Shown piece by piece: positions 22,601 to 32,220 of a DNA stretch of 64,000 bases (positions are counted from its first letter, which is position 1; each line of letters begins with the position of its first letter). Source of the stretch: Paraspadella gotoi (Eukaryota > Animalia > Chaetognatha). Position numbers and translations under genes: made by a program. Location of the stretch: contig CM119271.1 in the NCBI GenBank assembly GCA_051294375.1, forward strand, positions 10,543,376 to 10,607,375, read 5' to 3'. The notes beneath the pieces are model-generated. The model did not search any database, was not told the origin of the DNA, and saw only the letters and a program-made list of their open reading frames with translations.

Positions 22601-25600
22601 AGATAAAAGAAGAGAATAAGAAAAAGTGAAAAAAAATTAAGAGCAAACAATTTTAAATGTTGAAAATAAAATATTAAAACAAATTTTTAAAAGAAAAAAT
22701 CAAGAAAGAGCAGGGGGTTGCAATATTTTAATACATTAAATACCTTTCATTTCTAACCAATAACAAATGACCAGGAAGCGAACACGCAGGGTATTATTAT
22801 AGCTTCCGGGTTCAATCCTTTATTCTCAATTTTTCTATCGCTCCCGGTTTCGGGTTCTTCAAAAATCGGCCGCTTCCACAGTGTTCGCTTACGCTTTCCG
22901 GATCGCTGTCCACATCTCTGGACAGAACCATTCAATATAAGATTAAGCAGTCCCTGAGCTTCGGATCAGGCTGTAACACCGTGTTACAGCCGGGTTAAGC
23001 GCCCCGTCCCTCTTAACTGCAAAGGCTGGTGGATTTTAGTCCATCATACATCTCCCCCTCCTGTAGGGAGAAGTCTTGCGTCTCTTCAGTGAATTGTTGT
23101 TGTTGTTGGAAAGTTCGTCACCAAGTTGAGGCATGTCGCTGATGTGTGATTGGCGGAGAGTGCATCGCCAGGTTGAGGAATGTCGCCTGAAAGTGTTGTT
23201 GTTGTTATGTTTGGAAGTCGGGCTCACCAATGAAGAGGCAGTAATTATTGTTATGTATTAGTGACAGAACCGTTCATATAAAGCAATCCTGAGCTTCGGA
23301 TCAGGCTGTAACACCGTGTTACAGCCGGGTTAAGCGCCCCCCCCTTTAACTGCTAGGCGACCAACGGTTGGTGGATTTTAGTCCACCATACAACCATTCA
23401 TCAGCGGCCATTGTTGGGGAGGCAAGTCATTCGCCTCCCAACCCAAAGGTCCGGGGTTCTAGCCCGGTGGTCGCCCCAGCAGTTAAGAGGGACGGGGGCT
23501 TAACCCGCCTGTAACACGGTGTTACAGCCCGTCTCTTCATTATTAAATATTAATAATTAATTAATTAATTTTTTTTCAGGGTTGTTGGAATACATTACGA
23601 AAAATCTCGAGAAGCGCTATTCAAGGAATTGAGAGCGGGAACTTACGTCTGGGCCAAAGGAGTCGCCAATTTCGTTAAAAAACACGAAAAACTCAACCTT
23701 TTCCGCACAAAAAGTTTTCCTGCGAGGGTGAGTTAAAAGATTTTTCTTTTCTTTGGGGGGGGGAACTCTGAAATCGAATTTGATGCGAAATTGCGACTTT
23801 GTGACGCAGAAAGCGGGGATAAAAGCGCTTCGGTCAAGTGGAAATACGGAGAAGAAATGTACAAGAGTATTCGTAAGAATTTTATGATTGAAAAAAAATT
23901 TTCAAAAAAAAAAAAAAAAATTGGAAAACGTTTTAATGTTTTTCTACAACGACTTTATTTGTAAAAAACGTACATGTTTGGGCTTACATACAAGCCTTCT
24001 TCAGCGTTAACAAATTTTTACAAAACAAAAAAACAAAAAAAAAAAAAAATTTGTTAACGCTGAAGAAGGCTTGTATGTAGCGAAACCGTACGTTTTTTTA
24101 CAAATAAAGTCGTTGTAGAAAACATTAAAAACGTCAACCACAACGAAAAGAAGGAAATTCACGATGAAAAAAAAAATTAAAACGCTGAAATGAAAGAACA
24201 AATCTCTTTAATAATTCAGAAATGTCAGCGTGACATTCGAGGGCTGACAAAGGATTTGAAAATGGCCGATAATAAAACTGTGGACTTTAACGAGGACGGG
24301 ACGGTGCGTTCCGTGGATTTAGTCATCATCAACTTGAATCGGGAGAGAACTTGGGATAAGATTGGCGAGTTCAGAGGTGATCGATGATAATGCCTAGTAT
24401 GTATTGACCTTATTTTATTTCAAAATATGAACATGAGCTTGACCTGCTGTGTCATTATCTTGTAAGAGTGAGGGAGACCTTAATCCACCATAGCTTGTCC
24501 AAAGTCACAGGCAAGATAGCTATTTATTAAATGAATGGATAATTTAATATTGGTTGTACCATATACATACGTGTAATTGATTCTCTAACGTCAAAGCGCT
24601 ATTCAAATATATTCTTAATATTTATTTTCTCTTAATTACGGTATTTTAAACTTTATACACCCCTGCAAGGAACTTACTTGGAGATAAAGGATATCGTTTG
24701 GCCCGGGGGATCGAGAACTCATCCGATCGGAAGACCGGAGCGATATCAATTGACCATCGTGACTCTCAGAGAAGAACCTTACGTTTTTCTCAAAAAAATG
24801 GATCCGAAATTGGACAAGTGAGATTAGAAATGTGCCGGGCAACACTGTATAGTAGGGTGGAGTGATGAAAAGATTAAGCGAGTTAATAATATTTTTTATG
24901 TAATTAATATGTAATTAAAGAAAATCATGCCTTTTATAAAAAAATTTTAGCATAACAGTAGAGCAAATTGTATTTTCTTTGTAACAATATCCTTATAAAA
25001 TTTTTAAATTTCAAATTGATTTTTTAAAAATTTTAATAACAGATTGAAAAAAATAATAAACTTTTATAAAATATGTTATATGATATTTTAATGTTAAAGC
25101 TACGAAAAATGATAAAAATGGTTTATAATATAATAGATTCTATTACAAAAAGTTCAAAAGTTGAGATTTTTTTTTCTAATTTTGTTACTGAAGACAAATA
25201 AATTTATATTTTTTGTCCAACTTTTTATAAGAAATTTGATCTTTAAAAAAATTTTAAAAAATTATTTTGAAATTTTTTTATTTTATAAGGATATTACTAT
25301 AAGTATATTGTATTTTGCTTTTCTGTTCACAAAATAATATTAACAAAATACTTTTTATATTTAATAATCATGATGAAGACTCTAAACAAAAAGAGTCGAA
25401 ACATAGTTTAATTGAGGCTAATCGGTTTAAATTTTTTTTAGATGTTCATCGGTTAACGACAAGCCTTGCTTCGTTCCGAGATTGGGTCTTCCATCTGACG
25501 TGACCAACTTGACTGACTTATCACTCGCTCTTCAGAATGGAACCGAAATTCAGGGACTTAACTACACAGGTGAAATTGACAATTTGAAAAGTCATGCACA

Positions 25601-28600
25601 CCCTGATAGATAATAGATATTAAACTTGAATGTTTTAAGGTTGTAAGAGGGTTGGAGTTTGGTTAAGACAACCATACTTCACATCATGTCCATCACATCA
25701 TTGTCCACTCTTCAGTGTCTTGTTTCATAATTATAGTGAAAGGTTGTTTATAATTTGCTTGTGACACTTTTGAAAGATTGTAAGACGACAACGCAGTTAA
25801 TAAAATTGACATATTGATTATCAAAACAAATTATCAATGCCTTTCTCACGCGATTTTTATCAATTTTTTTTTATTTTTCGATGCAGAGGAAAAGTATTGT
25901 TGCTCTGGATTTTGCATCGATCTTTTGGAGAAACTTGCGGAAGAAATTGGATTCGACTTCAAACTTTATCAAGTGGAAGATCAAAAGTGGGGATCTAAGA
26001 ACGAAAACAACGAATGGAATGGCTTGATCAAGGATTTGGTAGGAAGATTGGAATAAAAAGATTTGGTATGAAGATTTTAGGGAGGAAAACAATTTATTTG
26101 TTTTGTTTCAACGAATTTTTTAGGACAAAATTCGTTGAAACAAAACATTTGGTAGGAAGATTGGAATAAAGAGAATGAATCAAGGATTTAGTAGATAAAA
26201 AAATTGATGTATTTAGTATGAAGATTGAAATAAATAGGATGGCTTGATCAAAGGTTTGGTAGGAAGAGTCGGAATAAAAAAAAAGGCTTGATCAAGGATA
26301 TAGAAAAAGATTGACCGAGGCTAAATAAATGAAATAGCCTTGTTCTGGATTTATTAGAAAGAAAATAATATTAAGAATGCTTTTATCCATGATTTCATGG
26401 AAATTTGGTTCATAATAGTTTAACATGTATAGATTTTAGTAAAAATTCGGTGGAATAATTAAAATGACATTTGTAACGTCACGCAACCACATCAGGTTGT
26501 TGGTAAAGCCGACATGGCAGTCACATCCCTCAAAATAACAACCGAAAGAAGTCAGGCCATAGATTTTTCAATTCCCATTCTGGAAACTGGCATAACCATC
26601 GTCGTCCTCATCAAGTAAAGAAGTGAAAATAGTTACATTAACAGAAACAAGGAACGGTTATTCCAAGGTGTTGCGCCGCATTACTTTTGTTTTTACTTAT
26701 CATGTCATTTATTACTTATAGTTTATAAGATTTCTTTAAAAAACAAAAGGCGGCGCCAGTAGTCACTTAGATTTGATTTTTAACAAATGAGCAACGAACT
26801 ATAGGCGAGTTATAATGTAAGTGGGACAGACCGACGGATAAACATACTGACGGACCGACCGACCGAAAAGTGACTTATAGAGTTGCTCCGCTAGTACTCG
26901 CGGCTAAACTAAAAAAGAGCTTTTACAATAATGTAACCGTCGTTGATTGCAGAGAAGGAAATATTTCCGCGACGGCGTTTCTGGAACCGTTTGAACTGAC
27001 CTCCTGGATCCTGATCTTGGTCGTCTGTGTGCACGCGGTCGGTGTGGCCATGCTGCTTTACGAATGGCTTAGTCCTTATGGGTAAGTCGAAGCTTTATAG
27101 TCGGGAATAGACTGACCGACCGGTCGATCGAAACGACTGTGACCGTGGAGAAAAAGCTTACCTCCTTTGAGGAGCTCGCGTTAGACTGTAAGATAGTGGA
27201 AGCTGAGAGCAAGCAACCAAGTTTAAAAAAGAAATTATTTATTTATTTGTTTAGTTATTTATTCATTCATTTATTGAAACTTCGAAATACATAGAATTAC
27301 TAAAACATCATTCAGCGAAACGGCCAGAGACCGGATTTTATTTAATTTTAACATATTTTAGTATAAATAAGTTATATCTTTATTTTTCTTCCGACTCATC
27401 AGGTACAATCTCCGTAGCCAGCCGCCCAGAGGCCACCGGTTCTCCTTTTTCCGCGCCCTCTGGCTTATTTGGTCCATGCTCTTCAAAGCGGCCGTGAATG
27501 TCAACTTCCCTAAGGGAATGGCGGCGAGATATCTGACAATGGTTTGGGCTCTCTTCGCAGTGGTGAGTTTGAAATGTGACACAGTTGGGGGAGGGGGTTC
27601 AACAATTTTAGGAAGAGTAATATATCAAGCTAGATATCGTGGATTAGTTAAAGAATTTGTTTTTTTTATCACTTTAGGTGTTTTTGGCATCGTACACTGC
27701 TAACTTGGCCGCTTTCATGATTGCCAAAGAGGAATTTTGGCAATTGTCTGGTAAGCGTTTAGTATTTTTTTTATCAATAAAATTGGTAATATTGATATTG
27801 ACTTTGATAATTCGATTGAAATTCAACGGACGCGCTACAACTAAGTTGGAAAATTTGTCGGGAAAGACTACATGCTTAGTTGTTTACTAATCTGTCCGTT
27901 TGTTTGCTCGTTTATATAATTATTAATTTATTAATTAATTCATTTAATCATTTTTTTTTCATTTCTCTTTGAATGGTTTTTCATTTTATTTATTTATTTA
28001 TTCATTGCTAAAAGTTTTTTTTATTATTAATTTATCTATTTGTTTTTATTGTTTAATTTTTTTTTTTCATCTCTCTAGGAATTAGGGACAAGAAGTTGGT
28101 CGAGGCGGCGACGCAGAATCCTCCCTTCAGATACGCGACGGTGAGATTCGGCGCCACTGAGGCCACACTTGCAAAGAACTACCCAGAGATGAACGAATAT
28201 ATGAACGTGAGTATTCATCTCTCATCTCTCTCGTCTCAATCACATCTCTTTTCATCACTTGACTTTTTTTTCGGTCTCTGCTTTTTACTATATATCGTCT
28301 CTCTTTGAAATTTATTTCTTTTTTAAAAATCACGTCTCATCTTTTTGTTTATATCGTCTTAATATCTTGATAACTTATTATTTCATTACATTTTATCTCA
28401 TTGTAAAATCATCTCGTCTTGTCACTCGTTAACAATGACTGATTCTCAATCTCATCTCATCTGATCTTATCACAATATCCACTCAAATTTAAACAAATCT
28501 TAACATCATGATCATCTCATCTCTTTGAATTTCATTTAGTTATAAATATTATTTACAATATCATCTCGGGGTTATTTCTATTGCTCTTTTTTAATGGGTG

Positions 28601-31600
28601 GTTTCTATATAAATTATAAGTATATCGCTACCTCTATATCCAACTGCACTTAATTTTAAATTTTTACTTTCCACAAAAAAATTTTAAAAAACCATGGCCG
28701 TTAACAAAAATGTATATTATTGTTTTGTTATCATTATTGATATACAATTATGAAACAACGTGAGCTACTATATCACAAAAGAAAAAAAAATGACACATTT
28801 CCTCGTTCAGCTACGAACCATCCAAAAAAAACATCAACTAGCCCCTCAACTGCAACTACAACTGTTTTTTTTTTTTGTAAAAATGTAAAGTATTTTATGG
28901 CTACAGTAAATTCATTCGTTTTTTTTCTCTTTCTAATTTACTGCCCGTCAGACGATTTTTCTCTCTCTGATCATTATATTGGAATGTCGAAGTATGTTGC
29001 CGTGTGTGTGATTGTATGTGTGTGTTCGTTTGGGAAAAAAAAACAAAAGAACTATCATAGTTTGACTTCGAACGTTTTAGCGACGACGTCGGGTTTGAAC
29101 GGATTGCACTTTTGTTGAATTTGCAGCGACGAGTCTCGTTTTACGTCGGTGACGTTGAGAGTCGCTGGTTCGCTCGGTTTGGGTATGTTCGCCCATCGGA
29201 CGTTGAAAGGGTCGAAGTCCGCGATGACGGGCGAGGTTTCGACCTGGCGAGGGGTTTAGTGTTTGTTTCGATTAGTTTAAATGTTTAGAGCGTTTATACG
29301 GAGTGTTATTTTGACGAGTAATTACCTGGGCAGTGGTTAAACTACCCGGATAGGTAGTGCTCGTGTGAATCGATCCGTTTTGTTGAGCTGGAACGTTTTG
29401 AAAAATATCCCCAAATTAATATAATAGTAAAATGAATAAATAGAAATTAACATTTTTACCATAATCATTTGCGAAAGATGGAACTTCGTTTTCGGGAATC
29501 GTGCTTGGAGCGTTTATAGTATTTGACCTGTTAAAACAAAAATGAACTACCTTGTCTGTCTGTCTGTTATGTTTTGTCGTGCGTTTTATTTTTTTGGTCA
29601 AACGAGCCATATATTTTTGTTTATTTTTTTAGTTTATATTTCGTTACCGCTGGTTGCGTCGTTGGACGTTGGACGGCAATTCGTTGACTCGAAGAGAGAG
29701 TTGCCTCTTGAAGGGCGAGACCGTCTGATTGAGGGTCGGAAATCCGCGGAACGAACCCTGTCGCTCAAACATTTCCGCGGACGTTTGGGGGCGTGGCATG
29801 GCGAACTGTAGATCCGGACCTGATTTGGTGGGGAAGAAGGGAGACGTGGAGGCCCCAAGGGGGTTCGACGGGAGATTTTGAAATATCATTTTTGGACTGA
29901 GTGTCCCCTTTCTATTTTTTTTTTATCCGAGAATTCAATTTTAACTAAATATATTTTTAAACTTGTTTGTTTCAGAGTCATGATTTTGGCAGAAGATTTA
30001 GTAGTTAATAGTTTGATTTGGTCTTTGTATTCCAATAACGTAAAAGAAAACAAATTATTTCTGGAGATAACATGATATTTATTTTTAAATAAGCACTGAT
30101 CTTCAGAGACTTCTGTCTCTCAAGGTTGCATAACACCTTGTTATGCATGTAAATAATTTGTTTTCTTTTATATTATTTTTAAACTTATCTCTAACCCTAA
30201 TCTCTAACCCTAACTAAAAAACCCTTATCACTAATTTCTAACCTTATCTTTAACTCTAGTTTATAACCCAAATCTCTAACCTTAAGCACTAACCAAGTCC
30301 TTGACCTTAACTGCGAATCTAATACCAAACCTAATCCCAACCTTTATTCTAATCCGAATTTAAGATAATAAAATGGGGCGTTCTGGGAAAATAAGGCCTA
30401 TTTTTGTTGACCGATTGAAGAGGGGATGTATTTAGTAAATTCTGTTCGTTTGTAATGCGGAGCTTTATGTCACGTAATTGACCCGAATTAGCTAATTGAC
30501 GAAATCATTGGTGTCAGGGACTTTTGACTTTTCTTTCTGCAAGGTTCTTCAAGCCATCGTGGCAATCTGACCTTAAATTTGGACACGGAATATTTAAAAA
30601 AATGGAACTATTGCGGCTTGTAATTATTTATCCCTATTTAATATTTTTTTTATCATTTATTGTGAATATATTGTGTTCTTTAAACGAAGAATTATTCTTT
30701 TCAAATCTCAGTTGCTCTTGGTAAAGTTGCTCCTGGTTTTTTAAGCAAAGAATGTGACTTGATGATGATAACTAATCGGTAATTTTGATTATGACGAATG
30801 ATAATAATAAAATAATAATATAATAATGATAATAATCTGACGACCAACCTGGCCTCCTTTCCGGAACCGCTTCCGTTATCACAGCTGACTGCGGATCCGC
30901 CATTTTCTCCGTCAATGTCATTTGCCTGAAGGAGCCGGTTCGAGCAAAAGCTGTTTTGTTTTCGTCGAAAGAAACGGTGACCTGAAGAAAAAAAAGGGAA
31001 ACAGTTTTGTAATTCGATTAAATATATAATGAATTTAAACTCAAAAATAATATTATTATAGTTAAAGATAGTTCAATTTTATGTCATTTTTTGTTTTTTT
31101 AACCAATCACCTTTCATTCGAGTCGTTAAATCTTGATTTAACCAACCCTATTTATTAAGTTTGTTCATTATTTATAGTGTATTTATTCTTTTTTTAAATT
31201 GCATATGATTCAAATCCATCCAATGACTTATATTACTCAATCAAAGAAAATCAATTTATGCAATGCCCGACTAAATATAATGCGTCCTCCCTAAAACTCT
31301 TTTTTTTTCGTATTAATACTATTATTATTTCTTTTTTTAATCTTTAAATCTTTATTAATACTGAGGCGGCTAACTTGTCGTCTTCGTCGTTGTTGTTGTT
31401 ATCAGCTTCTACAATACTATTATCATTTCTTTTTTTAATCTTTGTACATAAAAGTTTGAAAATCATAAAAATCTTATCGGTTTATTTACCTCGCATTCTT
31501 TGTCTCTCTTAATCTTCCTCTCGAGACAAAGTGCAAAAGCGCAACCGACCGCGTGGCTCAGGCGTTCGCCTGTTTAACAGGGAGAATTACGATATGATTA

Positions 31601-32130
31601 ATAGATTATAATTAATATAAAAGATTTTGATCAAAATATATATTATATAACGCGAATCACTGCTGTATATATTCGAGTTATGTCACATTTTGCGGTTTTA
31701 ATTAACGTCCGGGCGGAACGAAATATCATTCTTCCGTGACAAAACTGGACCGAGCACGAAATGAAAATATGAAATGCATTTCCTGATTTCGCTAATTTAA
31801 TAAGTCGTTGACACTAATTTTTTTGCACGCCATTGTCTCTAGACGGATTGACTGCAAAATGAATCGATAAAATTACCGACAATTAATGAATGATTAGCGG
31901 TAATTAGAGATATAGATGAATATAGATTAATATAGAGAGAGAGAATTTTTTTTACGAAACGGATTTGTCTTCCAAGGACTGACAGACTAAAAGCTCGAAA
32001 GGATGGACCGACGGACAAACATACTAACAACTATATATAGATAGACAGACAGACAATCGGACAGACCGGACAGACGCGATCAAGGTAGACTTACAGGCAA
32101 ACGAGCAACGAATGAATGAAATAAAGAAAG

Positions 32131-32220
<90 letters not shown>

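Larger units (their letters stand above)
20593..23392 (-). mobile_element. Miniature LTR retrotransposon (TRIM/retrozyme-like), copy 2, one LTR interrupted by hAT-like element
   Basis: LTRs 20593-23050 (split by insertion 20633-22920) and 23231-23392, each TG…CATACA on plus; on minus PBS TGGTGAGCCCGAC (23229-23217) one base after the 5' LTR and PPT AGGAGGGGGAGA (23062-23051) directly before the 3' LTR. Confidence 0.85.

Noticed and set aside
23404-23475. Functional tRNA-Gly gene
   Set aside because: Anticodon and D stems do not pair, T loop deviates, and it is embedded in a repeat; kept only as tRNA-like cassette.
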